From Candidatus Campbellbacteria bacterium (GTDB lineage Bacteria; Patescibacteriota; Minisyncoccia; Phycocordibacterales; EsbW-18): 64,000 nt of DNA. Numbering within the stretch: position 1 is the first letter of the stretch; every line of letters starts with the position of its first letter. The translations under genes were made by a program, and so were the position numbers. A model generated the notes under the pieces. The model was not told the origin of the DNA. It searched no databases and saw only the letters and a program-made list of their open reading frames with translations. Of this stretch, positions 38,618 through 49,696 are shown piece after piece. Where the stretch lies: contig JANLIT010000004.1 in the NCBI GenBank assembly GCA_024653945.1, positions 77,281-141,280 of the forward strand. Reading direction: 5' to 3'.

Positions 38618-39904
38618 ATGCAAGATACGAAAAACAAGATAGTACAATTCCTTCGTTGGAGTGAACAATATACAAAGACAGACATGCTCTACTTGGCAAA
38701 GGGCGGTTTCTGGATAACATTCGGACGTGTCATAAGCGCTGGTTCTGGTTTTTTACTTACACTCCTGCTCGCAAACACCATATCAAAAGAAGCTCTTGGT
38801 AACTATAAATTTGTCCAGTCCTTTGCTGGAATTATTATGTCGTTTTCTCTCACAGGAATGGGTGCGGCTATTATTCAATCTGTAGCACGTGGAAACGATG
38901 GAGTGATACGTGAGGGTTTCAAAACATTTCTTTCGTGGAGTGTTCTCATGACCGCCATCGCCTGGGGTTCTGCAATCTACTATTTTTTAAACGGAAATAT
39001 CGTGCTTGGGTGGTCATTGGTTGTCATTGGTATTACTCTTCCCCTCCAGGCCGGTGGTTTTTTTAGTCCTTTTCTTATTGGGAAAAAAGAATTCAAAACA
39101 GAAACTATTTTTGGTGTTGTGTGCACTATTGTTCCACTACTTGCAACAGGGGTAACTGCACTTTTTACAGATGTTACTTCTTTTCTTGTTTTGGCGTTTT
39201 TTGGAACAAGCGCTTTTGTAGGAATGATTTTCTATCATATTACATTGAAACGGTACAACCCACCACGAGAAACGGAGGTGAAAGCACTCACCTATGGAAA
39301 ACACTTGAGTGTTATGAATATACTTGGTTCGATTTCGTTGCAACTTGATCGCCTCCTTGTTTTTCACTATTTAGGAGCGGCACAAATGGCATTGTATGCG
39401 GTTGCGCTTGCCGCACCACAACAACTTCGTTTTGGAAGTAAACTCCTTGCCACAATGGCACTGCCAAAACTTAGCGGAACAGATCCAGCGCCTATATATA
39501 AAACACTGCCCCGAAAAGCTTTATTGGTATTTTGTGGCTCTCTTCTTATTACCTTTGTATATATCATGCTTGCTCCGTTGTTTTTTAAACTTTTTTTTCC
39601 AACATACGGCGATGCGATCATCTACTCTCAAGTATTTGCACTCGTTATACTTTTTTTTCCCGCAGCGTTATTTCAACAATTTCTTGTTGGACAAATGCAA
39701 CAAAAATGGCTCTACATTCTACAAACAAGTATTCCATTTGTGAAAATAGTGCTTCTCTTTATTTTTCTTCCACTCTATGGGATATGGGGAGCACTCATCT
39801 CTATTCTAGGAATGGAAGTGGTTCGCATGATTACTATACTCAGTATCTTTTTTAAACTTTCAAAAGATTCTCAAAAACTCACACAAAGTAGTGATGTGTT
39901 GTAA
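38618..39904 (+). CDS. Wzx-like oligosaccharide flippase
   Basis: About 12 TMs, LDRLLV..LGAAQMALYAVA, LPLYGIWGA; within the glycan locus. Confidence 0.88.
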   Translation: MQDTKNKIVQFLRWSEQYTKTDMLYLAKGGFWITFGRVISAGSGFLLTLLLANTISKEALGNYKFVQSFAGIIMSFSLTGMGAAIIQSVARGNDGVIREGFKTFLSWSVLMTAIAWGSAIYYFLNGNIVLGWSLVVIGITLPLQAGGFFSPFLIGKKEFKTETIFGVVCTIVPLLATGVTALFTDVTSFLVLAFFGTSAFVGMIFYHITLKRYNPPRETEVKALTYGKHLSVMNILGSISLQLDRLLVFHYLGAAQMALYAVALAAPQQLRFGSKLLATMALPKLSGTDPAPIYKTLPRKALLVFCGSLLITFVYIMLAPLFFKLFFPTYGDAIIYSQVFALVILFFPAALFQQFLVGQMQQKWLYILQTSIPFVKIVLLFIFLPLYGIWGALISILGMEVVRMITILSIFFKLSKDSQKLTQSSDVL

Positions 39905-39915
39905 TATATGTCCGT

Positions 39916-40497
39916 ATGGAAACTATAGTTCAAAAAGTTATCTCACATATGGGAAAGAACTCAGGAGGCTTTACTCTTCATTATCTCTTTCTATATAACC
40001 TTATTATCGGCATGGAAGCAAAAAATGTTCTTGAGTTAGGTGCGGGGTTTTCTACACCAGTTATTCTTGGTGCACTTGAAAAAACTGGTGGAAAACTTAT
40101 TACCTGTGACCAACGAAGTGTCGCTGAAACGGGAAACGACCCTGCCCTAAAACAGCAGTATCCGTCGTGGAAATTCCTTCAAGGAAAAACCGGGGAAACT
40201 TTGGCACAAATACAAGATGAGGTTTTTGATGTGGTACTCCATGATGCATCTCATGATGTCTTTCCTGTATACCAAGATTTACGAAAAATTATTCCACATG
40301 TAAAACAAAACGGTATCATTCTTGTTCACGACACTGAACATCCTGCATTTCGTCTTAGGTGGGCTGTGCGTCTTGCGTTTCTCTTTACACCACACGAAAA
40401 AGTAACACTCCCTTATGGATACGGCTTAACCATTGTGAGAATTCTCAAAGATTTTGGTAATGGCGAAGTTTTGTTAACGTGGAAGAAGGGTTCGTAG
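39916..40497 (+). CDS. Class I SAM-dependent methyltransferase
   Basis: VLELGAGFST, FDVVLHDASH, GIILVHDT. Confidence 0.88.
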   Translation: METIVQKVISHMGKNSGGFTLHYLFLYNLIIGMEAKNVLELGAGFSTPVILGALEKTGGKLITCDQRSVAETGNDPALKQQYPSWKFLQGKTGETLAQIQDEVFDVVLHDASHDVFPVYQDLRKIIPHVKQNGIILVHDTEHPAFRLRWAVRLAFLFTPHEKVTLPYGYGLTIVRILKDFGNGEVLLTWKKGS

Positions 40498-40498
40498 T

Positions 40499-41155
40499 TT
40501 ACTTCTTAAATATCAACGACGGACCACACACCGAATAGAGTGTGAAACCTTTTGTATACAAAAAAGAATAGATCGCACTTTCTTGTGGTCTTTCAATATT
40601 GAATATGTGGTCTTCAATAACAATGACGTGGGTCGGAATATTCCAATTATGAGACCACAGTACTTGCATATCGGACCCTTCGGCATCAATTGAAAGCACA
40701 TCAATTTCTTTGATATTCTCCTGTATAAGAATTTTTGAAAGTGGGCAGAGTGTTACCATTTCCGTCTTTTGGAGCAGTATGCCCTGTGATTGCCACACGT
40801 GTGCTTGTGCTTCGTTCGTAGTGTTATATGCAGAATCAGTAAAGTGAAAATATTTCTCGTTGGATTCTTTCTCTCCAATTCCTACAGAGTAAAACTTGTC
40901 TCTTGGACGAAATATTTTAAAAAGTAGCTGTGCTTCTTTGTTCGGATCAATAACAATTCCACGCCACCCCCGATGATACAAAAAATAGGTATTAGAATAT
41001 TGGGTTGGATGAAACGCACCAACATCAACATATAATCCGTTTTTCTTCCGAAGGAGTGGTGCTAACACCACATCTTCACCGAATTGCGAAAATGAACGAA
41101 TACTTCCTTTTTTAAGAAACAACTTAATAATAGTTTTTAGAATTTTAAAAAACAT
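40499..41155 (-). CDS. FkbM-family methyltransferase
   Basis: SQFGED, YVDVGAFHP..SNT, LSIDAEG. Confidence 0.9.
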   Translation of the reverse strand: MFFKILKTIIKLFLKKGSIRSFSQFGEDVVLAPLLRKKNGLYVDVGAFHPTQYSNTYFLYHRGWRGIVIDPNKEAQLLFKIFRPRDKFYSVGIGEKESNEKYFHFTDSAYNTTNEAQAHVWQSQGILLQKTEMVTLCPLSKILIQENIKEIDVLSIDAEGSDMQVLWSHNWNIPTHVIVIEDHIFNIERPQESAIYSFLYTKGFTLYSVCGPSLIFKK

Positions 41156-41156
41156 A

Positions 41157-42050
41157 TCAGTATAGTGCACGGAGAAGACGAGAGCCACACGGAATACAAG
41201 AGAGAATATACAAGACCCAGTATGGCACCATCTTTATGTGGTAATGGGCCGCATCATGTGCATAGCAACGCGCTCTTTTTACGTCTCCAGCAAGCAGTAG
41301 ACCCATTGCCGTACCGTAACAGTAATCCGCGTACCGCGGTGCGCTTATTGCTTTGAGGTACGCTCCGTGACGCTCTAGAAAACCCACGAGGTGTGAGGCA
41401 CGTTCAATTGCATACTGTGCGTTTTTCTTTTTTCTTGAAGATGTGAGCGAACCTTCATTGGGACTATTGTGCACATCAGCGAGCATTTCGTCTAAGTGAT
41501 ACCACTTTCCTCTTTCAATAAGCTCAACGTTAACCAAAAAATCAATATTTCTTGATTTATAGGATATCTGCTTCATTACATTCGTTCGTGCAACACGAAC
41601 TTTTTCGTTACTTGGAAGTTTTTTACACAATATATCCGCGAGCATAACCTCTCCTGTTGAAAAATGTGGATATGTTTTTTCTTTTCCACCTATAAGAATA
41701 CGTGCTGGTGCAGAAACAATAGATACGGTTGGTTGCTGTTTAAAAGTAGAAATAATTTTCTCTAGTGCATAAGGATATAATTCATCATCACTGTCCCATA
41801 CAAGAATATAGTCCCCTCTTGCTTCTTGGATACCCCGATTTCGAACCATGGAGGCACCACTGTTGTTTGAAAGTTTAATATAGCGCACTCGAGGGTCCGT
41901 AATCGCTTTCATTAATTGCTCGGTACCGTCAGTTGAACCATCGTCAACAACAAGCACCTCAATATCTTGATGGGTTTGTTTCAAAACACTCCTGAGTGAT
42001 TTTGGGAGTGTGTCTTCACGGTTATATGTTGCTAGAACGATGGTTATCAT
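41157..42050 (-). CDS. Glycosyltransferase family 2
   Basis: TYNRE, VVDDGSTD, RNRGI, DSDD. Confidence 0.92.
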   Translation of the reverse strand: MITIVLATYNREDTLPKSLRSVLKQTHQDIEVLVVDDGSTDGTEQLMKAITDPRVRYIKLSNNSGASMVRNRGIQEARGDYILVWDSDDELYPYALEKIISTFKQQPTVSIVSAPARILIGGKEKTYPHFSTGEVMLADILCKKLPSNEKVRVARTNVMKQISYKSRNIDFLVNVELIERGKWYHLDEMLADVHNSPNEGSLTSSRKKKNAQYAIERASHLVGFLERHGAYLKAISAPRYADYCYGTAMGLLLAGDVKRARCYAHDAAHYHIKMVPYWVLYILSCIPCGSRLLRALY

Positions 42051-42490
42051 TGTATCTCCTTTTCATTTTTAGAACGCACAACCAATTCGCCTTTCGTATA
42101 TGCAATAGAGTTGGGGGGAATATTCTTTGTAATAACTGCGTTGGCACCAATAACACTTCCTTTACCAATAGTAATTCCACCAATAATTTTTGCTCCCGTA
42201 AAAATAGTTACATCATCTTCAATGGTAGGCCACCCTTGATTATTTCCAGTTTCTTTCCCTCCAATAGTGACGCATGAAAAAATGAGAACATTTTTTCCTA
42301 TTTTTGCTTCGTTGGAAACCACCACCCCAACAGCATGAGGAAACCTCACGTGTTTTGAAAAAAGATATCGAAATGGTATTTCACTTGAAAAAAACGCCCT
42401 TATTCTATTGAGTTTTTTTGAAGAAAAAGCCATGGGATTATTTTTTATATCCAGTAATAATGTATCGTTGTTTTTTCTTTGTTGGCTCAA
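42047..42490 (-). CDS. Hexapeptide-repeat O-acetyltransferase
   Basis: FPHAVGVVV, PTIEDDVTIFTGAKIIG, IGANAVI. Confidence 0.88.
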   Translation of the reverse strand: MSQQRKNNDTLLLDIKNNPMAFSSKKLNRIRAFFSSEIPFRYLFSKHVRFPHAVGVVVSNEAKIGKNVLIFSCVTIGGKETGNNQGWPTIEDDVTIFTGAKIIGGITIGKGSVIGANAVITKNIPPNSIAYTKGELVVRSKNEKEIQ

Positions 42491-43259
42491 TCACTATAGT
42501 ATATATCTCTCGCAACGCGGAAAGAAACTGCTCAAGGGATATTTTTATAAGGTCTTCGTGTACCTCTCCAAGTATGGCGCGGACATGTGTAAGCGCCTCT
42601 ATATTAGAAAGCAAAAACTCTTCTGCACCTTCAATATCGAAAACAAGCAAGTCTATCCCTTTGGAGCCATACGTTTCCAAAATGTCACGCAATGTGATAC
42701 TCGGTACTTTAACTTTTTGCACATCTGACGAACGCTGGGTGAGCGATGAAGAAAGTGATTGTTGGTGAACAAAAAAATTCACTTCGCCACGAGAACCAGA
42801 AACAGCGCCGTGTACCAACGTACTGTTTGCAATACCTGTCAAACGTTCTTTAAGGAGTGGAAGAATTTTTGGGTTTGGTTCAACGGCAATAATATGGGCA
42901 CGTGGAAATAGTGTGTGCAAAAAAAGAGTGGAGATTCCTGTGTTTGCCCCTAAATCAACAATGGTCTGTGGTTCAAATGACAACTGAATATGGTATACCC
43001 TCCGACAAAAAAATTCATAGAGCAGTGCAACTTCTTCATGAGAGCGTAGGGTAACATCAAATGTGGTGTTGTTGTACGAGAGGTGAAACGGAATTGTATA
43101 GTTAAGTGAGGATTCGGGTATGCGTACTAGTGTGTGTTGAAAAGATCTATATATAAGAACACTAAAAATCCGTATCTTCTCATATATGTTTGCACCAAGA
43201 AGAGCGACGGAGATACTTTCTTGTATTCTTTTAAAGAATCGATTGGATACTTTTTTCAT
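42438..43259 (-). CDS. FkbM-family methyltransferase
   Basis: VDLGANTG, AVEPNP, DIEGAE. Confidence 0.9.
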   Translation of the reverse strand: MKKVSNRFFKRIQESISVALLGANIYEKIRIFSVLIYRSFQHTLVRIPESSLNYTIPFHLSYNNTTFDVTLRSHEEVALLYEFFCRRVYHIQLSFEPQTIVDLGANTGISTLFLHTLFPRAHIIAVEPNPKILPLLKERLTGIANSTLVHGAVSGSRGEVNFFVHQQSLSSSLTQRSSDVQKVKVPSITLRDILETYGSKGIDLLVFDIEGAEEFLLSNIEALTHVRAILGEVHEDLIKISLEQFLSALREIYTIVIEPTKKKQRYIITGYKK

Positions 43260-44373
43260 ATTCCTTTGTCACCTGCACAATATCAAACCGAAGCGCGGTC
43301 TCGTGACAGTTTTTTTGAATTTGAGCGTGGTTTTGTTCGAGTAGCTTTACGCACAAAGACATTTTTTTCTCCACTTCGTTTGGATTTTGTTCAGCAATGT
43401 AACCGTTATATCCGTCACGAAGAAATTCGTCTACACCCGGAACTTGAGTTGAAACCATTGGCAAACCGAAAGTCATTGCTTCAATGCCCACATTTGGGAA
43501 TCCTTCACGCTTTGACGTAAGAACAAAGAAATCACTGGCCGCATACCACGCAAATACATCGTCCCGGTATCCAAGAAGGTGTACTGTACTCTGTAACCCT
43601 CTCTCCCGTATGTACTGCCCTAACCGTTCGCGCTCCACACCATCTCCAACAATCACGAGATGATATTTTGGATGTGTTTGGGTAAAAATTACAAATGCAT
43701 CAACGAGAAGCGTGTGATTTTTTTGTGGTTTTAATCGTGCAATATTGAGAATGATTTTTTCATCCTCCAACAAACCAATTTCTGACCGCACTCGCCGTTT
43801 TTCTTGTTCTTCACCTATTAAAAACCTTTCTACCGCACCAATATCAACCCCATTGTGAATAACGGTGATTTTTTCTCTAGAAATCCATGCTTGTTTAGAG
43901 ATAAAATCTGCAACAGATGAAGAAACAGCAACGAGTACGTCCGAGAATGGGGCAAGTATAAAATCAATTATTCGGTGATATATTTTCTTTTCTTCGTATG
44001 TATTGTGTTCACGTGTGATAACCTTATATGCAAAAAATAGTTTTAAGATGCGCACAATCGCATTTGCTGAAAACATACTACTAACCACCGCGTCTGGATG
44101 AAGAGTTTTAAAAAGAGTATACAGCGCTCTCCACTGACCAATATCTGATGCTCCAGCAAAATTCAACCTATGTATAGCAACATCTTGTGGAACATCTTTA
44201 TACAACGACGGAAGCTGTGGCCGTTCAAAAAGTGTTACAAGAGAAAGAATAAACTGTTCCCGATTAAAATGCCGAAGGAGTTTTAGTGTGTGCATTTCTA
44301 TTCCACCACCCGAGAGTAAGCTCGGGAGCACAAACATGACGTGTATTTTTTTGTGTTGATTACCTTTGTCCAT
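43231..44373 (-). CDS. Glycosyltransferase family 4
   Basis: ARLKPQKN, EGFPNVGIEAM. Confidence 0.92.
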   Translation of the reverse strand: MDKGNQHKKIHVMFVLPSLLSGGGIEMHTLKLLRHFNREQFILSLVTLFERPQLPSLYKDVPQDVAIHRLNFAGASDIGQWRALYTLFKTLHPDAVVSSMFSANAIVRILKLFFAYKVITREHNTYEEKKIYHRIIDFILAPFSDVLVAVSSSVADFISKQAWISREKITVIHNGVDIGAVERFLIGEEQEKRRVRSEIGLLEDEKIILNIARLKPQKNHTLLVDAFVIFTQTHPKYHLVIVGDGVERERLGQYIRERGLQSTVHLLGYRDDVFAWYAASDFFVLTSKREGFPNVGIEAMTFGLPMVSTQVPGVDEFLRDGYNGYIAEQNPNEVEKKMSLCVKLLEQNHAQIQKNCHETALRFDIVQVTKEYEKSIQSIL

Positions 44374-45208
44374 GAAACACTACAACTGCATACAGCCCTG
44401 AGCAAAAAGGAAGAATCCTATCTACTTTGTTAGCCATTATTTTTAACATTTTGTATGCTGGTCTTGTTCGAAACACCGACACGCCGAGAGTGCGTTCCGG
44501 AATTGTAATACAAAAAAAGTGCAGGAAGAACGAACCGAGGCCACCCATTCTATATACCACATACTGACTAGCATTAAACAAGCGTCTGATACGCGCTGGA
44601 GTGTACTGTCGATACCCATGCCATAAGTATAACGGCAGTGACCATAATGACGGAACGATGTGCACTTCAATACCATCGTCAGCACATAATTCACGTGCCT
44701 TCAGAACGGCGGCCGTATCATTGGCAATATGTTCTAGTGACGTATTTGAAATAACGAGATCAAATTTTTTATTGGTATGTAGTGTGGTGATATCTTTGTT
44801 TAAAAACTCCGTTGTAAATGCCGGTTCGGCGTGCAGATTAAATTTCGGTTCTTGTACAATATCTACCCCAGTATAGACGCCGCTGTATCCTGCTAGTGCT
44901 AGCAGTGACCGTGTGTACGCTGTTCCACATCCAATATCAAGGACAGACACACTCTTCGGAGTAAAAATCCTTGGGATCTCGGTACCAACAAAAGAGTCGA
45001 GGTACGAGCGCATTGGAGAATCTTGGGACACACCCTTAAAGCGAGCGCACCAAAAACGCATGCGGAGTGGGTATCTTAACCCAAGCAGGTTTCTAGTAGC
45101 GTTATACAGTAGATACCAAATCTTTTTACCCCATGAAAGGGGTGTATCTCCAGATAGTTCATTCATACTGACTATCATACCACTAGAGACGTTTTCGTAT
45201 TTCTTCAA
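44360..45208 (-). CDS. Class I SAM-dependent methyltransferase
   Basis: VLDIGCG, FDLVISNTSLEHI. Confidence 0.87.
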   Translation of the reverse strand: MKKYENVSSGMIVSMNELSGDTPLSWGKKIWYLLYNATRNLLGLRYPLRMRFWCARFKGVSQDSPMRSYLDSFVGTEIPRIFTPKSVSVLDIGCGTAYTRSLLALAGYSGVYTGVDIVQEPKFNLHAEPAFTTEFLNKDITTLHTNKKFDLVISNTSLEHIANDTAAVLKARELCADDGIEVHIVPSLWSLPLYLWHGYRQYTPARIRRLFNASQYVVYRMGGLGSFFLHFFCITIPERTLGVSVFRTRPAYKMLKIMANKVDRILPFCSGLYAVVVFHGQR

Positions 45209-46247
45209 CTAAAAATGGGGTGAATGAGTCAATTCTTAAATATGTTTCAAATGTAGCACGTGCCCTTTTTTGCATCTCCTGAAAAGAGTCTTGGGAGATT
45301 TCTGTGTGAAATGCACTCACACGTTCTGCTGTGGTATATCGATCAGCATAGTCAACAAAAAGACAGAATGCTCTGTAGTTAATTTTATTTTCAAGAGGAA
45401 ACACGCATTCTGTATCAAGAACAAGTGGTATACGTCCGAGAGAAAGTGCTTCGTAAAAACGTGTGGATTGGTTTGCGTCACCCTTTACACACAGTGCGTA
45501 ATCGGTTCCGACAATGTTGTCAATAAATTCTTTGCGTAAGATGGCGGGGTCATCTTCCACTGTTCGCGTATTGCCTGAGTATGAACTTCGTGTTTGAAAT
45601 ACTGTACTAATACCTCCTGAATGTGAAAGTTTTTTTAGTACTTCCCTACGAAGGAAAATACCCTTACGAAACACTCCATCCTTTAAAAATACGAGTGACC
45701 GTGCACGAATAAAACCTTCTTTTATATATGTTCTTAAGTGTTTTCCAACAGAAAGACTAGCCCACCCAACAAAACCAATCGAAGGAATGGCTCCTTTTGT
45801 ACGAAGTGTGAGTACGTTGTTTTGACTTGACTCTAAAAGATCCTCAATGTATGCCGGAATAATAATATCTCGATCTGTCAGCAATCTTCGATATTGAGCA
45901 AATCGTAAAACAATACTATTTGGAATATCTATTGGACGCATAGTGTCTCCAAACGCATCAATAAGTAGTGGTTTGTTGTGTTGTTTGGCACACGCAACGG
46001 TTTCACTGATTCGAGTAGGATTCTTTTTTTGTAACCCCCAAAAGTTAAACGGGAGAAAATGACAATCACACATATCTGGGTTGTCTGTAACGTTATAGTA
46101 TGAGGTATCAAATTGATGTTGTGAGAAAGCTCCTCCAAAAGAAACGGTCTTGTGTGAGCTATCACCCCAGAATGGATACATAAGAGGAGAAACACGTGCT
46201 TCTTCTCTCTGAAAAGTCGGATTAACGTACAACAGTAAAGGTTTCAT
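45183..46247 (-). CDS. Exostosin-like (GT47) glycosyltransferase
   Basis: YALCVKGDANQSTRFYEALSLGRIP. Confidence 0.8.
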   Translation of the reverse strand: MKPLLLYVNPTFQREEARVSPLMYPFWGDSSHKTVSFGGAFSQHQFDTSYYNVTDNPDMCDCHFLPFNFWGLQKKNPTRISETVACAKQHNKPLLIDAFGDTMRPIDIPNSIVLRFAQYRRLLTDRDIIIPAYIEDLLESSQNNVLTLRTKGAIPSIGFVGWASLSVGKHLRTYIKEGFIRARSLVFLKDGVFRKGIFLRREVLKKLSHSGGISTVFQTRSSYSGNTRTVEDDPAILRKEFIDNIVGTDYALCVKGDANQSTRFYEALSLGRIPLVLDTECVFPLENKINYRAFCLFVDYADRYTTAERVSAFHTEISQDSFQEMQKRARATFETYLRIDSFTPFLVEEIRKRL

Positions 46248-47353
46248 GTATTCACTATAGCAATAATCTCTTGTGTAAATAGCGTCGATGCCGTGTCCCA
46301 TGTATATTTTTGTACATGCCGAAGACCTTTTTCAACAAGCTCTGTTCGTAATTTTGTGTCTGAGATAATTTTTTCCATCGCACTCGCTATAGTGTCCGGA
46401 TTGTAGGGGTCAACCAAGAGTGCCGCACCACCTGCAACTTCAGATAACACTGGAATATTGGATGTAATAACAGGAACCCCAACACTCATTGCTTCTGGAA
46501 TAGGAAGACCAAAACCTTCCGCGAGACTACAAAAAACAAATGCAGATGCACTCTTGAGTAGTGACAGTAACTCTTTTTCAGAAACATATCCTGTACGAAT
46601 AAGAGACCCCCCAAACCCCCGACGAGAAACTTCTTCTATAAGACCCATAAGATATGGTGTATCTTTTGTCTTTCCCGCCAAACAAAGTATGTGGGGTGCA
46701 TGTGTTCGTTCTTTAAAGCGAATAAAACCTTCAATGATGCCGTGCATATTTTTCTTATATTTTGTACGGCCAACAAACAAAAAGTATGGTCCTTTAAAAA
46801 ATGTTTGTGGTGCAATATCTTGGGGTACCTCACGAATTCCGTGTGGAACAACCTTTATTTTGTTTAACGATGTGTGATATGTGTCTGCAATTTCCTGTGC
46901 GGTGGCGTGCGTTGCTGTAAAAATAACTCGAGCACGCTTCATTGTGGGGTGAGCTAAAGTGCGCCATATTTTGTGTACAAACCACTGTTTCCACCCCGCC
47001 GTCTCTGGTTCGTAGAGTACTTCGTGACAATACACCGCTGTTTTTATATTCTTAGGAAGAACGAGGGGTAGCAACGGCATGTTAAAAATCAACACATCAG
47101 GAAAACGCTCTCTATGAAAAAAATATTCTTTCAGAAAGTAGAAATTTTTTCCAAGAAACGATTTTGAAATAATGACATTATGTACGTTGTGTGAAAGAGG
47201 AAAAAGTGTAAAAGGCTGTTTTGTATACACCACATATTCGTATTGTGGTGCATATTGTATAAGCCCGTGTAAATATTCGGCGGTCACGTACGCCAAACCA
47301 GACGGCTCGTGTTCTTCGTACGGATCTACAATTACTCCAATGCGTTGACTCAT
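46244..47353 (-). CDS. Glycosyltransferase family 4
   Basis: FVGR..KKN, EGFGLPIPEAM. Confidence 0.92.
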   Translation of the reverse strand: MSQRIGVIVDPYEEHEPSGLAYVTAEYLHGLIQYAPQYEYVVYTKQPFTLFPLSHNVHNVIISKSFLGKNFYFLKEYFFHRERFPDVLIFNMPLLPLVLPKNIKTAVYCHEVLYEPETAGWKQWFVHKIWRTLAHPTMKRARVIFTATHATAQEIADTYHTSLNKIKVVPHGIREVPQDIAPQTFFKGPYFLFVGRTKYKKNMHGIIEGFIRFKERTHAPHILCLAGKTKDTPYLMGLIEEVSRRGFGGSLIRTGYVSEKELLSLLKSASAFVFCSLAEGFGLPIPEAMSVGVPVITSNIPVLSEVAGGAALLVDPYNPDTIASAMEKIISDTKLRTELVEKGLRHVQKYTWDTASTLFTQEIIAIVNT

Positions 47354-47360
47354 GTCAGAT

Positions 47361-47975
47361 TTATTTTTTTATTGGTTCCATTTCCCAGACAAGATTTTTA
47401 ATGGGTACAAGAATCGACAACTTTCTATCGTAGAATAGATTATGATTTTGAATAAAGCGTTTAAATAATCGCGTAAAAAAACCACGAGACCGTGCTGGCC
47501 ACCCATACCAAAAACCAATACGTTTCCATGTGTGAGCACTGTATTGAAAATGTGATTTAGGTGTGTTCTCTACAAAAAAATAGTCCAGTGATTCCGATGT
47601 AAAAAAATGCTTGTGTGTAATATCCGTAAAACTGTCAGTCGAGCGAAAATACGGAACCGCAACAATGAGCCTCCCCCTTGGAGCAAGTACGCGCCACGCC
47701 TCGTCCATAAACGCGACAATGTCAGTCACGTGTTCGAGAACACTGTGTCCAAAAATGATATCTACTGAAGCGTCTTGCAATGGCCACGGTACTACATCAA
47801 GGTTATGTACCACATCAACTTCGGGCAATGCTAGCACGTCCATACCAAGAGCTCCCGATATTTTCGAATGCCCACATCCAACATGTAAAAGGCGTTTACC
47901 AGGGAATGGATTCTCTGTTGGAAAACCATTCTGTGTGAAAAACGATAGTGTGTATTGTTTTGTAGATGGGTTCAT
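47361..47975 (-). CDS. Class I SAM-dependent methyltransferase
   Basis: LHVGCG, SVLEHV, WRVLAPRG, DITH. Confidence 0.87.
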   Translation of the reverse strand: MNPSTKQYTLSFFTQNGFPTENPFPGKRLLHVGCGHSKISGALGMDVLALPEVDVVHNLDVVPWPLQDASVDIIFGHSVLEHVTDIVAFMDEAWRVLAPRGRLIVAVPYFRSTDSFTDITHKHFFTSESLDYFFVENTPKSHFQYSAHTWKRIGFWYGWPARSRGFFTRLFKRFIQNHNLFYDRKLSILVPIKNLVWEMEPIKK

Positions 47976-48613
47976 GATGATTTCGTAAAACAAATAACAA
48001 AAGATAATGCACACATGTTTGGAAACGCTCGTTGAAAAACCGTGCCGAAGAAGGACAATGGTTTGAACGTATTCATACTACATACCACCGCACGAAGACC
48101 TGCTTGTGATGCCATATTCTGTAACACGTGATAATTAAACCAATACACATGGCCTTTATTTGGTCTATTATTTTCAGGAACGCGTCCAAAAAGAGTTTGA
48201 AAACGTGCAGGAAATGAAGAAAAATTTGGAACTCCGATGATAACATTTTTTCGTGAAACGCGGGTCATTTCACACAACAAAAAAAGCGGGTCAAATTGAT
48301 GCTCGAGTACATCTAGAGCGACTGCGTAATCAAATGAGTTGTCAGGAAAGGGTAATTTTCCGTTTAAATCATGTTGTGTGGCGCGCACGCCATGAGATAC
48401 ACATTTCTGTACCGCCTCCTCAGAAAAATCAATGCCTTCGCCCAATATCCCTTTTTCAGCAAGCATGGAGAGCAACAGACCGTCCCCACAACCGACATCA
48501 AGAACCGACCCATCAACAACCATATCTAAACAAGCTTGGTGTCTAAACTGAGCCTTTTGATTTCCCGACAGCCAGCGATTATTTTCAAATGTTTTTTGGG
48601 CATCCATAGGCAA
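47972..48613 (-). CDS. MetW-like SAM-dependent methyltransferase
   Basis: VLDVGCGDG, LPFPDNSFD, VLEH, GVPNF. Confidence 0.87.
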   Translation of the reverse strand: MPMDAQKTFENNRWLSGNQKAQFRHQACLDMVVDGSVLDVGCGDGLLLSMLAEKGILGEGIDFSEEAVQKCVSHGVRATQHDLNGKLPFPDNSFDYAVALDVLEHQFDPLFLLCEMTRVSRKNVIIGVPNFSSFPARFQTLFGRVPENNRPNKGHVYWFNYHVLQNMASQAGLRAVVCSMNTFKPLSFFGTVFQRAFPNMCALSFVICFTKSS

Positions 48614-48646
48614 AACTATATCATGTTTTTGAACCCCGGCATGTAC

Positions 48647-49693
48647 TTACAAATAGGAAAGTATTTTCGGGATAAGCGCCGATAGCGAGTGATTGTGTAG
48701 CACATACTCTCTACCCCCCTCACGTAAACGGTCTGATTCTTCATCCGACAATGCGCGGATAAACATAAGGGCTCGCACATATGCCTGCACGTCGCTTTGA
48801 GGCACACAACAAACCCGTTTGAGATCTTCGGACAGGTCTTCTGCAAGTGTTGGATCACAGGTTACTGGCAGTGTACCAACGGCAAGTGCTTCCAAAACAA
48901 CTTTATCTAAACTACCTGTACGACTCGCATGAATAAACACATCTGCCTCACCAACGATATTTGCAATCTCAGCGTGTGATTGTGAACCTTTCCAAGAAAT
49001 AAACGCCTCAATCTCACGGTCTTTAATGCGCTCAATAATGCTGTGTTTGTAGGTGTGTTGTGATCTTGTTTCTGCATCACCAACAATAGACAACAAACAG
49101 TGTGCTTCATTTTTGTGCATCACAGATATCACATCAACGACTGTTTCCAAGTCTTTCACCGGAGATATTCTTCCTACAGTAACAAGGTGCAGTTCATCAC
49201 TTGTGCGGTGTGTACGAAAGGTAAAGAGGTCCGTATCTATGCCGTGTCCGACGTACTGGACGGCACGAGTGCGCAACGGAAAACTTTCCGGAGATGCGGT
49301 AAAAATAGTGTGCACCAAAGGAGTCGCGATACGAAGCGAGAGCGACGCATGTTTGTGCATGTACCAAAGAGCAATTTGCTTTTTCCACAACCTCCATAAC
49401 AATCCACCGAGAATGACGTATATCTGATTCATGTGTACAAACACACTATCGTAATTATCACGTTCTTCACGAATATATCTAAAAAAGCGTTTGAGATACT
49501 GGATTCGTGATACTTTCTTTTCTTTTCCTAATGAAAGCACTCGAACATTTTTGGGCAACGAGTGTTTTCCCTCCTGTAAACAAATAACAATCACTGATTC
49601 ACAGTGTTTTGCAAACTCCTCAATCCACGCATGAAAAAAACCGAGGATTGGATGCTCTGTATCAAGTACTTGAGTAATGATGAGTAACCGCAT
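48647..49693 (-). CDS. Glycosyltransferase family 4
   Basis: VGRISPVK, GSLDKVVLEALA. Confidence 0.9.
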   Translation of the reverse strand: MRLLIITQVLDTEHPILGFFHAWIEEFAKHCESVIVICLQEGKHSLPKNVRVLSLGKEKKVSRIQYLKRFFRYIREERDNYDSVFVHMNQIYVILGGLLWRLWKKQIALWYMHKHASLSLRIATPLVHTIFTASPESFPLRTRAVQYVGHGIDTDLFTFRTHRTSDELHLVTVGRISPVKDLETVVDVISVMHKNEAHCLLSIVGDAETRSQHTYKHSIIERIKDREIEAFISWKGSQSHAEIANIVGEADVFIHASRTGSLDKVVLEALAVGTLPVTCDPTLAEDLSEDLKRVCCVPQSDVQAYVRALMFIRALSDEESDRLREGGREYVLHNHSLSALIPKILSYL

Positions 49694-49696
49694 GTG